A DNA stretch of 64,000 nucleotides from an uncultured Lachnospiraceae bacterium (GCA_947589315.1 CANPZE010000009.1:3043-67042), one strand, 5' to 3'; counted from the stretch's first letter, positions 33,968-45,095 are shown. Notes: generated from the sequence alone by a model not told the origin. Numbers and translations: made by a program.

Positions 33968-34528
33968 ACTGCATTATCAGTATCCGTTTTATCCGGATGC
34001 AGCACTGCGTCCCTCCAGAGGACAGCAGAGCTTGCAGATAAACTTATTTCTTCTGAGGCACCGGAGGCCGCTACGCCAAGCCCGACACCGGAGGTACAGG
34101 AAAAAACACTCGCCCTGAAAAAATCAGGCAAAGTCGGCGATTGGAAATTTAAGGTAACAAAGACGGCGGCAAAAAAGAAAATCAAAACCAGCGCTTATTT
34201 TGAGGCGAAGGCAGATAAGGGAAATCTTTTAGTGGTTGTTTCGGCCTCTGTGACTAATCAGGGGAAGAAGAAAGAGACCTTCCTTCCCATGGTGGGTATG
34301 GAGAATACAATGATGACAGCAAAGCTGGTGTATAAGGATGGCTATGAGTATCAGCCCTCCAGCATCACCGGATTTAATAAAGATCTGACGAATAAGAGCA
34401 TAGCTCCTCTTACCAAAAAGAGCGGCGTCATTGTATTTAATGTGCCGAAAAAGGTCGCCAAGGACTTAAAGTCCTGTATGATCCGTATTGGAACAAAGGG
34501 AGAGGCAGTATGCTATACTGCTAAGTAA
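33935..34528 (+). CDS. lipoprotein, DUF4352-like beta-sandwich domain
   Basis: Lipobox SVLSGC. Includes GDWKFKVTK...LLVVVSASVTNQGKK...GVIVFNVPK, typical of DUF4352-type domains. Confidence 0.8.
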   Translation: MKKKLLAITLCTALSVSVLSGCSTASLQRTAELADKLISSEAPEAATPSPTPEVQEKTLALKKSGKVGDWKFKVTKTAAKKKIKTSAYFEAKADKGNLLVVVSASVTNQGKKKETFLPMVGMENTMMTAKLVYKDGYEYQPSSITGFNKDLTNKSIAPLTKKSGVIVFNVPKKVAKDLKSCMIRIGTKGEAVCYTAK

Positions 34529-34546
34529 TATAGGTTTGAGATCATG

Positions 34547-34600
34547 ATATGGATTTTTGGTACTTGGGAACCGGGTATCAAAAATCCATATTGTTTGTTT
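34547..34600 (+). terminator. intrinsic terminator after the lipoprotein gene
   Basis: ATATGGATTTTT (34547-34558) pairs with AAAAATCCATAT (34580-34591). The stem is extended by GGTAC/GTATC and followed by TTGTTTGTTT. Confidence 0.75.
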
Positions 34601-34631
34601 AAGCACTGTAACGAGAAAGAGAGGTTTTACT

Positions 34632-36611
34632 ATGTCAGAGTTCAAGCTTCACGCCCCATACGCCCCCACCGGCGACCAGCCCCAGGCAGTCGAGGCTCTG
34701 GTGAAGGGCTTCCAGGAGGGCAACCAATTCCAGACACTCCTCGGCGTTACAGGTTCCGGCAAGACCTTTACGATGGCGAATGTCATTCAGCAATTAAACA
34801 AGCCTACGCTGGTCATTGCCCACAATAAGACATTAGCAGCCCAGCTCTATGGGGAATTTAAGGAGTTCTTCCCGGAGAATGCGGTGGAATACTTTGTGTC
34901 CTATTATGACTATTATCAGCCGGAGGCTTATGTGCCTTCCACGGATTCTTATATCGAAAAGGATTCTTCGATCAATGATGAGATAGACAAGCTGCGGCAT
35001 TCTGCTACAGCGGCCCTGACAGAGCGCAGGGATGTTATCATTGTCGCCAGCGTTTCCTGCATTTATGGCCTGGGAAGCCCGATAGATTATCAGAACATGA
35101 CAGTATCCCTTCGGCCGGGTATGGTCAAGGACCGGGATGAGGTCCTGCGCCGTCTGGTTGACATCCAATATACCCGGAATGATATGGATTTTCAGAGAGG
35201 TACCTTCCGGGTGCGGGGGGATGTGTTAGAGATTTTCCCGGTGTCTGAATCAGAGCGGGCCCTTCGGGTAGAGTTTTTTGGAGACGAGGTAGACCGTATC
35301 ACAGAGATTGATGTTCTGACGGGAGAGGTGAAGGCAGAACTGGAACACATGGTTATCTTTCCGGCATCCCATTACGTTGTCGATCAGGAATCCATGGAAC
35401 GGGCGATCCGGGATATTGAGCAGGAGCTGGAGGAACGAGTGGAGTATTTCAAGAGCGAGGATAAGCTTTTAGAGGCGCAGCGGATTGCAGAGAGAACCAA
35501 TTTTGACATTGAAATGATGCGGGAGACCGGCTTTTGTTCGGGAATCGAAAATTATTCCCGTCATCTGTCCGGATTAAAGCCAGGGCAGCCTCCCCATACA
35601 TTGCTGGACTATTTTCCAGATGATTTTCTGATCATGGTAGATGAATCCCATATCACATTGCCACAGATAAGAGGAATGTTTGGGGGAGACCGTTCCAGGA
35701 AGACTACACTTGTAGATTATGGATTCCGCCTTCCTTCGGCATTGGACAACCGGCCGCTGAATTTTGAGGAGTTTGAAAGCCATATCAATCAGATGATGTT
35801 TGTATCAGCAACACCCAATGAATATGAGAAGGCTCATGAGCTGTGCAGAGTAGAGCAGATCATCCGGCCTACCGGCCTTCTGGACCCGGAGATTGTTGTC
35901 AGGCCGGTGGAGGGGCAGATCGATGATCTGCTGGGGGAGGTGCATCGGACGATTGAGGCCGGGAACAAAGTGATGGTTAATACGCTGACCAAGAAGATGG
36001 CGGAGGATTTGACGGACTATCTTCGCGAGGCCGGGATCCGGGTCAAATACCTCCACTCGGATATTGATACCCTGGAGCGCTCGGAGATTATACGGGATAT
36101 GAGGATGGATCTGTTTGATGTGCTGGTGGGGATCAATCTGCTTCGGGAGGGCCTGGACATCCCGGAGATCGCCCTGGTGGCTATTCTGGATGCAGACAAG
36201 GAAGGTTTTTTGCGCTCGGAAATCTCCTTGATCCAGATTATAGGAAGGGCGGCCCGCAATGTGGATGGGCGGGTTGTCATGTATGCAGATACGATGACAG
36301 AATCTATGAGCCGGGCGATCGGAGAAACAGAGCGCAGGCGTAAGCTTCAGCAGCAATACAATGAAGAGCATGGGATCACTCCCCAGACGGTCAAAAAGGC
36401 TGTACGGGACTTGATCAGCATTTCCAAGAAGGTAGAGGCGGGAACTCCTGTAGACGTTGAAAAGGATCTGGAATCCATGGACAGAAAAGAGCTGGATCGG
36501 CTGCTCAAGGAGATCAATAAGAAGATGCATACAGCGGCGGCAGAACTTAACTTTGAACTGGCCGCCTCTCTGCGAGACCAAATGATAGAGATTAAAAAGC
36601 ATTTAATGTGA
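34632..36611 (+). CDS. uvrB: excinuclease ABC subunit B
   Basis: [19 protein letters not shown], Walker [11 protein letters not shown], helicase motifs and a C-terminal UVR domain ([16 protein letters not shown]). Confidence 0.97.
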   Translation: MSEFKLHAPYAPTGDQPQAVEALVKGFQEGNQFQTLLGVTGSGKTFTMANVIQQLNKPTLVIAHNKTLAAQLYGEFKEFFPENAVEYFVSYYDYYQPEAYVPSTDSYIEKDSSINDEIDKLRHSATAALTERRDVIIVASVSCIYGLGSPIDYQNMTVSLRPGMVKDRDEVLRRLVDIQYTRNDMDFQRGTFRVRGDVLEIFPVSESERALRVEFFGDEVDRITEIDVLTGEVKAELEHMVIFPASHYVVDQESMERAIRDIEQELEERVEYFKSEDKLLEAQRIAERTNFDIEMMRETGFCSGIENYSRHLSGLKPGQPPHTLLDYFPDDFLIMVDESHITLPQIRGMFGGDRSRKTTLVDYGFRLPSALDNRPLNFEEFESHINQMMFVSATPNEYEKAHELCRVEQIIRPTGLLDPEIVVRPVEGQIDDLLGEVHRTIEAGNKVMVNTLTKKMAEDLTDYLREAGIRVKYLHSDIDTLERSEIIRDMRMDLFDVLVGINLLREGLDIPEIALVAILDADKEGFLRSEISLIQIIGRAARNVDGRVVMYADTMTESMSRAIGETERRRKLQQQYNEEHGITPQTVKKAVRDLISISKKVEAGTPVDVEKDLESMDRKELDRLLKEINKKMHTAAAELNFELAASLRDQMIEIKKHLM

Positions 36612-36630
36612 GAAACAGGAGGACGGCCAA

Positions 36631-38646
36631 ATGAAGATAGGGGTTGACTATTATCCAGAGCAATGGGACCGGGCCCTGTGGGAACAGGATGCAGACAGGA
36701 TGCAGCACACTGGGGTAAAGATTGTACGCATGGCAGAATTTGCCTGGAGCAGATTAGAACCGGAAGAGGGAAAGTATGATTTTGCCTGGCTGGATGAAGC
36801 AATACGGCTTTTCGCAGTGCGGGGGATCCAGGTGATCCTTGGTACTCCTACCTGTACGCCGCCATTATGGCTTTTTGAGAAATATCCCGAAGTGATCCAG
36901 GTAGATCGGAACGGGAATCGGATCCCCATTGGCATCCGGGGACATCGTTGCCTCAACAGCCCGGTCTACCGCAGGCTTTCTGCCGGGATCATCCGGCGCA
37001 TGGCGGGGCGTTATGCGCAGGAACCAGCAGTGGTCGGCTATCAGATCGACAATGAGCTGGAGGCCTTCCATTGCTGCTGTCCAGTCTGCCAGGAGGGGTT
37101 CCGCCAGTGGATGAAAGAAAAATATGGTACTATAGAAAGAGTGAATGAGGCATATGGCAATTCTGTGTGGAGTGGGGAATATTCCTCCTTCTCCCAGGTG
37201 ACGCCGCCCATGGGGGAACACCCTCAATGGCTGAATCCCTCTCTGTCCCTGGATTTTAACCGCTATGCCTCCCACAGCGCAGTAGACTATGTCCGTTTTC
37301 AGGCAAAGCTGATCCGGGAACTGGCGCCGGAGGCGCAGATTACTACCAACAACTGGCTTTGTGAAAATATGCCGGATTTTTATGATCTGTTCCGGGAGCT
37401 GGACATTGTATCTTATGACAATTACCCCGCAGTGACACTGCCGGAGGACACAGAATGCCTATATTCCCATGCCTTTCACCTGGATCTTATGAGAGGGATA
37501 CGCAAACAGAATTTTTGGATCATGGAGCAGTTAAGCGGCGGACTGGGAAGCTGGTCGCCCATGTCTCCCACACCGCGCCCGGGGATGATCAAAGGCTACT
37601 CCCTGCAGGCTATAGCCCATGGAGCAGATGCTGTCCTGCATTTCCGCTGGCGGACCGGAATATCTGGGGCAGAAATGTACTGGCATGGACTGATTGACCA
37701 CAGCAATGTGCCGGGAAGGCGGCTGGAGGAATTTCAGGATCTGTGCCGGGAGGCGCAGGAGCTGGAGGGATTACAAGGCTCTGTGATCAAAAACCAGATA
37801 GCGATCCTGTATTCTTCTTTGCAGGAATACGCCTTTAAGATTCAGTATCAGGCGGAGGGGATGCATTATTTTACCCAGCTGAAGGCTTATCATGATGCCT
37901 TTACCTCCCTGGGAGTGGGAGTAGACATTGTGGATTGGCGCAGCGATCTGGAGGAATATAAGATAGTGGTGGCGCCAACTATACTGATTGTGGATCAGAA
38001 GATCACAGATCATCTTCATGCTTTTGTAAAAAGGGGAGGACATTTAATCTTGACCAACCGGTCCGGAGTGAAAGATATTTATAACAAATGTCTTATGCAG
38101 CCGTTACCTTCGGTGTTTGCCGATATGGCAGGCGCTGTGGTCAAAGAATACGATCCCATTGGGACGGCAAGACAGAAGGTGGACCTTACAGAGGAACATT
38201 GGAAGGGATTCCGGAAGTCGTTGCAGGATACTCCTTCCTTTTGCACTCTGTGGTGCGATATCCTGGATGCAGGGGATGCCAGAGTCCTGGCCAGGTACGG
38301 GGAAGGATTCTATGCCGGGGAGGCTGCCGCAGTCGAGAATCCCTACGGACAGGGGACGGCCTACTATATCGGTACTGTGTTTGACCGAAGGACAATGTGC
38401 TCCCTTGGGCGATATGTGGCAGAAAAAGCAGGGATCCATTGTATGGAGCAGCTTCCTCTGGGAGTGGAGCGGACGGTCCGCCAAAAGGAAGACAGGCAAT
38501 GGGTGTTTTATTTTAATAATACAGAACAGGCGCAGAACTTTTTTCTGGACAGTGAGGATTGTTCCGGGGAGTGTATGGGGCGGCCTATTCTTCCCGGAGA
38601 GCAGATCAGCCTGAAGCCCTTCGAGATGAAAATTTTGGTGAAATAA
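36631..38646 (+). CDS. GH42 beta-galactosidase
   Basis: MKIGVDYYPEQW...VRMAEFAWSRLEPEEGKYDF...QIDNE and a Cys cluster (CCCPVC), typical of GH42. Confidence 0.9.
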   Translation: MKIGVDYYPEQWDRALWEQDADRMQHTGVKIVRMAEFAWSRLEPEEGKYDFAWLDEAIRLFAVRGIQVILGTPTCTPPLWLFEKYPEVIQVDRNGNRIPIGIRGHRCLNSPVYRRLSAGIIRRMAGRYAQEPAVVGYQIDNELEAFHCCCPVCQEGFRQWMKEKYGTIERVNEAYGNSVWSGEYSSFSQVTPPMGEHPQWLNPSLSLDFNRYASHSAVDYVRFQAKLIRELAPEAQITTNNWLCENMPDFYDLFRELDIVSYDNYPAVTLPEDTECLYSHAFHLDLMRGIRKQNFWIMEQLSGGLGSWSPMSPTPRPGMIKGYSLQAIAHGADAVLHFRWRTGISGAEMYWHGLIDHSNVPGRRLEEFQDLCREAQELEGLQGSVIKNQIAILYSSLQEYAFKIQYQAEGMHYFTQLKAYHDAFTSLGVGVDIVDWRSDLEEYKIVVAPTILIVDQKITDHLHAFVKRGGHLILTNRSGVKDIYNKCLMQPLPSVFADMAGAVVKEYDPIGTARQKVDLTEEHWKGFRKSLQDTPSFCTLWCDILDAGDARVLARYGEGFYAGEAAAVENPYGQGTAYYIGTVFDRRTMCSLGRYVAEKAGIHCMEQLPLGVERTVRQKEDRQWVFYFNNTEQAQNFFLDSEDCSGECMGRPILPGEQISLKPFEMKILVK

Positions 38647-38750
38647 AGGAGATATCCCTGGTTGCATATTTTGTCCGATGTGATTATAATAAAGAGAGAA
38701 TGAGTTTTAACAGAATGTGATGGTGCATACTATGGGAAGGAGGAAAGGCT

Positions 38751-39092
38751 ATGAGTATCTTATCTATTGCTAATGTAGGAAGTGTTCAGGCGATATATAC
38801 CTTTGGCAATTCCCGTTATAACCAGATTTCTAATAGTCCGGTAGCGCCTGTTTCCAGGATCCGAAAAATGATGCCCCTGTCAGGGGAGCGGGAGGAGCAG
38901 TATGCTGTATTGCGCAGTCCGTCCCGGGAAGAATGGGAGGAGGGGCTGGTAGCCCGGCAGGAGGAAAGGGTGCGCAGTGCCTATGAAGATATGACTGAGG
39001 CGGCGTATAACCTTCAGAATCCCTATGAAGCGGCGCGGATGTCATCGGAAGGCATTCTTCTGGCAGGGATGAATGTCAATGTATTGGCGTAA
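38751..39092 (+). CDS. hypothetical protein (113 aa)
   Basis: AGGAGGAAAGG SD. No motif recognised. Confidence 0.55.
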   Translation: MSILSIANVGSVQAIYTFGNSRYNQISNSPVAPVSRIRKMMPLSGEREEQYAVLRSPSREEWEEGLVARQEERVRSAYEDMTEAAYNLQNPYEAARMSSEGILLAGMNVNVLA

Positions 39093-39128
39093 TATGGGAA
39101 GCGTAAAAAGAGCAATGTATTGTGGGGA

Positions 39129-39512
39129 ATGGCAATGAAGTGGTGGAAAAGACTTATTTTCTCGGTGATCAGTTTGATATATGGATTTGCTTCCCTGGAT
39201 TATCTTTATCTGTCCTTTGGAATGATGACAGGAATCCGGAATATCAGCGGTAAATTGGATTCCCGGCAGGGAGGTCCCATGCAGCTGGTGGGGGTGGCTA
39301 TGATCCTCGTCTGGTTTCTGCTTCTGGCCGGCTATACCTATTTGATCAAAAGCGCGGCGCCAAAGATTGATTTGATTGAGAAAGATGCAAGAACCGGAGA
39401 ACAGAAGGTTCATAAAAAATGGTTTGATATGATATTTCAGTATGCGCTGATCATAACGGGGGCGGCATTGCGGTGGATATATCTGTTTGTGATCTATTTT
39501 CCCAGGCAATAA
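39129..39512 (+). CDS. hypothetical membrane protein (about 127 aa)
   Basis: Four hydrophobic segments. The start is uncertain (TTG 39120, ATG 39129 or ATG 39135). Confidence 0.55.
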   Translation: MAMKWWKRLIFSVISLIYGFASLDYLYLSFGMMTGIRNISGKLDSRQGGPMQLVGVAMILVWFLLLAGYTYLIKSAAPKIDLIEKDARTGEQKVHKKWFDMIFQYALIITGAALRWIYLFVIYFPRQ

Positions 39513-39604
39513 CAGGAAGCTGCCAGGCATTGTTGCGCATCTGCGTATAGTCATACATGTCCTTTTTTTAGGATAGGAATTATGAAGAATAGAGTGAAAG
39601 TCCA

Positions 39605-39632
39605 GGGCAACGTATCAACGTTGCCCATTTTA
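39605..39632 (+). terminator. intrinsic terminator
   Basis: GGGCAACG-tatcaa-CGTTGCCC followed by ATTTTATT. Confidence 0.65.
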
Positions 39633-39718
39633 TTCCTATTGCTCCTCAAATAAAAGTATGATATACTTTTAGCGAAAACATTTACGTCATATTTGGATTA
39701 AAGGAGCAGAAATAGTTC

Positions 39719-40738
39719 ATGGCATCTATAAAAGATATTGCAAAATTATGTGGCGTATCGGTTGCCACGGTCAGTAAAGCATTGAATGATAAAGCTGATA
39801 TTGGGGAGGATACCAAGAGGCATATCAAAGAGGTGGCAAAGCAGATGGGATATTTCCCTCAGTACTATGCCAGGGCGATACGGATGAATAAAAGCTTTAA
39901 TATCGGAGTGCTCTTTGTGGACGAGTCTATGAGCGGTTTGACCCACGATTATTTTTCTAATATTCTCAATAGCTTCAAGGTGACTGCAGAGGGACGGGGA
40001 TATGACATTACTTTTATTAACAGCAACAAAAAATACAAGAAAAGTAAAACCTTCCTGGAGCATTGCCGGTATCGGGGATTGGATGGCGTAGTCATCGCCT
40101 GTATTGATTTTGGAAATCCGGAAGTGCTTGAACTGATAGAAAGTGATATCCCATTGGTGACGATCGACCAGAAATTTGAAGGAAGAGTCTCTGTGTTATC
40201 TAATAATTTTGAAGGAATGCATCAGCTGGTAGAATATATTATATCCATGGGACATAAGCGCATCGCATATATATCCGGAGACGATACGGCAGTTACCCGG
40301 CTGCGGATAGAGAGCTTTTATCATACGATGGGGAAACATGGCCTGGATGTGCCTGAGGAATATCACCTCTCTTCCGAATATCGGAATCTGCAGAAGGCGG
40401 GGGAGTATACCAGGCAGCTTTTACAGCTGCCCCTGCCGCCCACCTGTATCATGTATTCCGATGATTACTCGGCGATGGGAGGCATTAGCCAGATTAAATC
40501 AATGGGGCTGCGCATCCCGGAGGATATCTCGGTAGCCGGCTATGATGATATTTTTATCGCAGGACAGCTGCAGCCGCGGCTTACCACCGTGCATCAGGAT
40601 ACGGAGCTTTTAGGGAAAAAGGCGGCGGAGAAACTGATCGCATTGATTGAAAAGAAAAGAAACGTATCTACGAGGCCTACTGTGGTGAATTCTACATTGG
40701 AGAAGGGAGCGTCTGTAGGACAGCTGGTCCAGGACTGA
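39719..40738 (+). CDS. LacI-family transcriptional regulator
   Basis: N-terminal HTH IKDIAKLCGVSVATVSKALN plus a periplasmic-binding-protein-like core. Confidence 0.93.
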   Translation: MASIKDIAKLCGVSVATVSKALNDKADIGEDTKRHIKEVAKQMGYFPQYYARAIRMNKSFNIGVLFVDESMSGLTHDYFSNILNSFKVTAEGRGYDITFINSNKKYKKSKTFLEHCRYRGLDGVVIACIDFGNPEVLELIESDIPLVTIDQKFEGRVSVLSNNFEGMHQLVEYIISMGHKRIAYISGDDTAVTRLRIESFYHTMGKHGLDVPEEYHLSSEYRNLQKAGEYTRQLLQLPLPPTCIMYSDDYSAMGGISQIKSMGLRIPEDISVAGYDDIFIAGQLQPRLTTVHQDTELLGKKAAEKLIALIEKKRNVSTRPTVVNSTLEKGASVGQLVQD

Positions 40739-40832
40739 AGTTATTGTCAAAAAGTGGATCGCCAGGGAATAAGAATGGTGTGGATGGAGAAAATAGGGAT
40801 ACAGGAAGATGATAAGAAATGAGGTGAATCAT

Positions 40833-41048
40833 ATGGACAAACAAAAAATCCATCCCCGCCATGAATTGGGAAGGGACCCGCTGCATCCTACTGGGGATGA
40901 AGAGTGGGAGACCGGCGCACCCTTATCGGAGACAGAAGTGGAAACCATTCGGGAGAATAGCTATTATTCCGGCAAGGACAGGCCGCGTCCCGATAATAAT
41001 CTGTTTTTTGAAAGAAGAAGCAATCCTTTAAGTAGTAAAGGAGATTGA
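40833..41048 (+). CDS. small hypothetical protein (71 aa)
   Basis: GAGGTGA SD lies 6 nt before ATG 40833. Hydrophilic, with no motif. Confidence 0.45.
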   Translation: MDKQKIHPRHELGRDPLHPTGDEEWETGAPLSETEVETIRENSYYSGKDRPRPDNNLFFERRSNPLSSKGD

Positions 41049-41114
41049 GGCTTTTTCCTAAGTTTCTTAAATTTAGGCTTTACAATTTTCTCATTTTATG
41101 ATATTTTATCTTTA

Positions 41115-41378
41115 TTAAAAGCGAAGAAGAGGAATAGTAGCTGTGGAATGGAATCCAGAAAGCTGTTGGTTGATGGGAAACAGTTGAAGTGAAGCAGTGA
41201 ACTCGCCTTGGAGCTGCCGGTTGAAGCAGAGTAGATTTGGACGGATTCCCACCGTTACAGGGGAAAGGTATTGACTGTAGTCTATGTACCTGTGAGAGCA
41301 TGAAAGATTTCATGAATGAGAGTGGTACCGCGCGAGAATAATTCTCCCGTCTCTATAAGATAGAGACGGGATTTTTTA
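41115..41378 (+). promoter_or_regulatory. T-box riboswitch leader, leucine (CUC) specifier, controlling leuA
   Basis: T-box sequence AGAGTGGTACCGCG (41319-41332). Terminator TCCCGTCTCT/AGAGACGGGA plus T6 (41345-41377). Specifier-loop context AGUGAA-CUC-G at 41202-41204. Confidence 0.85.
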
Positions 41379-41484
41379 CTGTATGGGCGGTTGCTGATAC
41401 AGTAGTGGGATGCCAGGGGGAGATGTTGTTGAAAGCCACTCCGTCATTTCAGGTGCAGCAAGCAACTTAGAAAGAGGTAGGATT

Positions 41485-43152
41485 ATGAAAGGTTTTGAAA
41501 AGTATCAGAAAGGTTATTTTATGCCGCCGGAGCCTTGTTACGATTGGGTGAAGAAGGATGCTATCTATACTCCTCCGGTGTGGTGCAGCGTGGATCTGCG
41601 GGATGGCAATCAGGCGCTGATCGAGCCTATGAGCCTGGAGGAAAAGGTGGAATTTTTCCAGCTTTTGGTGCAGATAGGTTTTAAGGAGATCGAGGTAGGC
41701 TTTCCTGCGGCCTCGGAGACAGAATACAATTTTCTCCGTACCCTGATTGACAGGAAGCTGATACCGGATGATGTAACCGTCCAGGTATTGACCCAGGCCA
41801 GGGAACATATTATCCGGAAAACCTTTGAGGCGGTAGACGGGGCTCCCAATGCGGTAGTCCATGTATACAATTCTACATCAGTAGCCCAGCGGGAGCAGGT
41901 ATTCCGGAAATCAAAGGAAGAGATTAAAAAGATTGCTGTAGACGGCGCTAAGCTTTTAAAAGAACTGGCGGCTGAGGTAAAAGGGAATATCCGTTTTGAA
42001 TACAGTCCGGAGAGCTTCCATGGGACAGAGACAGAATATGCGGTAGAGGTTTGTAATGCCGTGCTGGATGTATGGCAGCCCCAGTCAGAGAGAAAGGCTA
42101 TTATCAATATTCCTTCTACTGTGGAAAATGCTATGCCCCATGTATTTGCCAGCCAGGTGGAATATGTGAGCAAACATCTGAAATACCGGGAAAATGTGGT
42201 ATTATCCCTCCATCCTCACAATGACAGGGGATGTGGCGTGGCCACTGCAGAGCTGGGGGTTCTGGCAGGGGCGGACCGCATTGAGGGAACCTTATTTGGA
42301 AACGGGGAGAGAACTGGCAACATGGACATCGTAACTATGGGGATGAACCTGTATTCCCATGGCGTAGATCCCCAGCTGGACTTTTCAGATATGAAACATA
42401 TCGTTGAGACATACGAGCGTCTTACGAATATGCAGGTATCCATGCGCCAGCCCTATGCCGGTGAATTAGTGTTTACTGCATTTTCCGGCTCCCATCAGGA
42501 TGCGATCTCCAAAGGGATGGCCTTCCGGGAGGAGACCGCCAGTCCGTATTGGACCGTGCCCTATCTGCCCATTGATCCCAAGGATGTGGGGCGGACATAT
42601 GATTCTGACGTGATCCGCATCAACAGCCAGTCTGGGAAAGGCGGTGTGAGCTACGTATTGAAGAATCGTTTTGGTGTGATACTTCCAGACAAAATGAAAG
42701 AAGAAGTGGGATATCTGATGAAGGATGTCTCCGACCATGAACATGCGGAGTTAAATCCCCAGGAAATGATAGATGTTTTGAAAAGCACGTATTTAAATAT
42801 AGACAGGAAATTTGATATTTCTGAATGCCATTTTAAGCAGGAGGATGGGATCCAGGCAACGGTGACGATTGTAGAAGACGGAAAGACTACAGTTGTAGAA
42901 GCAAAAGGAAATGGCAGGCTGAATGCAGTAAATAATGGGATTAAGCAGCATTTTGGGCTGAACTATGCATTAGATGAGTATGAGGAGCATTCTCTGTCCA
43001 AACGCTCCAATGCCCTTGCAATGACTTATGTAGGGATCGCCAGGGAAGAGGATGCTAAGAAATTGTATTGGGGAATAGGAATTGACGCAGATATTATTAA
43101 GTCTTCTGTTATTGCGTTAGTCAATGCAGTCAATCGGATGATGAAGGAGTAA
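41485..43152 (+). CDS. leuA: 2-isopropylmalate synthase (long form)
   Basis: WCSVDLRDGNQAL, LHPHNDRGCGVA and GTLFGNGERTGN motifs, plus a C-terminal LeuA dimerisation/regulatory domain. Confidence 0.95.
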   Translation: MKGFEKYQKGYFMPPEPCYDWVKKDAIYTPPVWCSVDLRDGNQALIEPMSLEEKVEFFQLLVQIGFKEIEVGFPAASETEYNFLRTLIDRKLIPDDVTVQVLTQAREHIIRKTFEAVDGAPNAVVHVYNSTSVAQREQVFRKSKEEIKKIAVDGAKLLKELAAEVKGNIRFEYSPESFHGTETEYAVEVCNAVLDVWQPQSERKAIINIPSTVENAMPHVFASQVEYVSKHLKYRENVVLSLHPHNDRGCGVATAELGVLAGADRIEGTLFGNGERTGNMDIVTMGMNLYSHGVDPQLDFSDMKHIVETYERLTNMQVSMRQPYAGELVFTAFSGSHQDAISKGMAFREETASPYWTVPYLPIDPKDVGRTYDSDVIRINSQSGKGGVSYVLKNRFGVILPDKMKEEVGYLMKDVSDHEHAELNPQEMIDVLKSTYLNIDRKFDISECHFKQEDGIQATVTIVEDGKTTVVEAKGNGRLNAVNNGIKQHFGLNYALDEYEEHSLSKRSNALAMTYVGIAREEDAKKLYWGIGIDADIIKSSVIALVNAVNRMMKE

Positions 43153-43179
43153 AAGGGGAGGCAGGCTGCATGTCCGGGA

Positions 43180-44553
43180 CTATGTCACCAGATTATGCAG
43201 CCAGATGCCACGGCGATATAATATGTATCCTACAATGGATTTGATAATGTCCAAAGAAGAATATAGGGTATAGACCGCCAGTATGCCCAGAGGGGTAAAG
43301 TGGACAATGCAGTAGGTAAATGGTATAGCGATACACCAGGAATACCCGCTGTCGAATAAAAAGGTGATCACTGTCTTGCCGCCGGAACGGATCGTAAAGT
43401 AAATAATGTTCAAAAAGGACTGCATTGGCATGAAGAGCGCAGTGATACGGATCATCTGTGTGGCCAGGCGGCGGACCGGTTCCGTGGTATTGTAGAGCGC
43501 GGGAAACAGGGAGGACATACCTGCCAGGATCAGGCTGGTCACTACGGTGCATACGGTAGAAAAGGCGATAACCTTCGCAGAGGTATCCTTAGCCCTGTCA
43601 AATTCATTGGCGCCGAGCTGCTGTCCTACCAGGATGGAAACTGCGTTGCCCAATGCAATAAAGACGACGTTGAACAGATTGGATATGGTGGAGGATATAT
43701 TAATGGCCGCCACAACTTCCAGCCCGCGCATGGAAAAACACTGGTTTACCGTTGCGATTCCGGCTGACCAGAGAAATTCATTGATCCAGAGAGGGGATCC
43801 TTTGAGAAGGATCTCCTTACATAAAGACGCAGGCAGTCTTAGGCTGCGGTAAGCTCCAATAATAAATAGATTCTGCCGGGCGTGGAGATGGGTCCACAGC
43901 ACTACGATGGAGCATTCTACCAGTCGCGCCAGTACCGTGGCAATAGCGGCTCCGCTCACGCCAAGGGCAGGACAGCCCAACATGCCAAAGATCAAAATAT
44001 AATTCAGGGCCAGATTAACCAGGACAGCGACAATGCCTGCCAGCATCGGGATAAATGTCTGGCCGGTCTCCCGCAGCGTACTGGAATAAATCTGCACGAC
44101 AATAAAAGGCAGCAGCTCTAAAGAGATCCAGTGCAGATAGCGTTTTGCGTAACAGAGCGTGGCAGACACATCCTGCTCAGCGCCGGAAGTCAGGTACAGA
44201 CGGATCAACTGCTCCCCAAAGCAAAGAAACAGGAGGAGTGTTATGGACAGGATGGCGATCCCGGTGATCAGCTTGAAGCGGAAGGTGTCCCGCACGCCTT
44301 TGTGATTCCCCGATCCATAAAATTGCGCACCAAAGATCCCTGCACCAGACAGGCTGCCAAAGATGCAAAGGTTAAATACAAACATAAACTGGTTCACAAT
44401 AGCCACGCCGGACATCTGCTGGGTACCCAGCTGCCCTACCATGATGTTATCCAGAAAACCTACAAAGTTTGTAATAGCGTTTTGTATTATAATGGGAACA
44501 GCCAGCAGTAGCAGCTGTTTGTAAAATTTTTTCGTTCCAATCAATCGTCTCAT
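43180..44553 (-). CDS. MATE-family efflux transporter
   Basis: 457 aa, 12 TM, N-terminus LLLLAVPIIIQNAITNFVGFLDNIMVGQLG, typical of MATE. Confidence 0.92.
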   Translation of the reverse strand: MRRLIGTKKFYKQLLLLAVPIIIQNAITNFVGFLDNIMVGQLGTQQMSGVAIVNQFMFVFNLCIFGSLSGAGIFGAQFYGSGNHKGVRDTFRFKLITGIAILSITLLLFLCFGEQLIRLYLTSGAEQDVSATLCYAKRYLHWISLELLPFIVVQIYSSTLRETGQTFIPMLAGIVAVLVNLALNYILIFGMLGCPALGVSGAAIATVLARLVECSIVVLWTHLHARQNLFIIGAYRSLRLPASLCKEILLKGSPLWINEFLWSAGIATVNQCFSMRGLEVVAAINISSTISNLFNVVFIALGNAVSILVGQQLGANEFDRAKDTSAKVIAFSTVCTVVTSLILAGMSSLFPALYNTTEPVRRLATQMIRITALFMPMQSFLNIIYFTIRSGGKTVITFLFDSGYSWCIAIPFTYCIVHFTPLGILAVYTLYSSLDIIKSIVGYILYRRGIWLHNLVT

Positions 44554-44714
44554 TTTGATCTAACCCCTTTGTTCATATGTGTATCTGGCATTTTACCGTA
44601 ATTGATCAAGAAATGCAAGGAGATTTCGCTACGCAATCTCCTCTTGACTTTAAGACTACAACATGTTATCTTTTTATTAGCGTACATGTTGTTATCATAA
44701 AGGAGGTGAATATT

Positions 44715-45095
44715 TTGCAGCAAGTTTCTGATTCTGAATTAGAACTTTTAAAAATTATCTGGAGCGGCAGGGATAGTACGGCTATGTATGCTGAAATTGC
44801 AGATTCATTGGAAAAAAAGGGGCTGGTATGGACAAAAAATACAATCATCACCCTGCTCTCCCGGCTAGTCAAAAAAGACTTTTTACGAGTTCAAAAAATC
44901 GGACACCGAAATCAATACATAGCCATTGTGTCAGAGGAACAGTATAAGACAGCACAGGCGCAAAGCCTCATCGAAAAAGTGTATGCAGGGAATGCAAAGG
45001 GACTTGTATGTACGCTGATCCAGGAAGCCTTGCTCTCTTCTGAGGAATATGAGGAATTAAAAACGTATTGGGAGGCGGGAAAGAAAGAGAAATGA
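44715..45095 (+). CDS. BlaI/MecI/CopY-family transcriptional repressor (TTG start)
   Basis: AAGGAGGTG lies 6 nt before TTG 44715. Winged-helix SDSELELLKIIW...TIITLLSRLVKKDFL. Confidence 0.88.
   Translation: MQQVSDSELELLKIIWSGRDSTAMYAEIADSLEKKGLVWTKNTIITLLSRLVKKDFLRVQKIGHRNQYIAIVSEEQYKTAQAQSLIEKVYAGNAKGLVCTLIQEALLSSEEYEELKTYWEAGKKEK

Noticed and set aside
33751-34185. 144-aa minus-strand ORF overlapping the start of the lipoprotein gene.
   Set aside because: It is antisense to a well-supported lipoprotein gene (SD, lipobox, duplicated promoter) and has no signals of its own.
34547-34631. Possible LexA (Cheo) box, GAACCGGGTATC, upstream of uvrB.
   Set aside because: Only the GAAC half-site matches GAAC-N4-GTTC. 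The surrounding 12-bp inverted repeat plus T-run is better read as the terminator of the upstream lipoprotein gene.
41080-41313. 77-aa minus-strand ORF upstream of leuA.
   Set aside because: The region is explained by a T-box leader on the + strand (specifier, T-box sequence and terminator).
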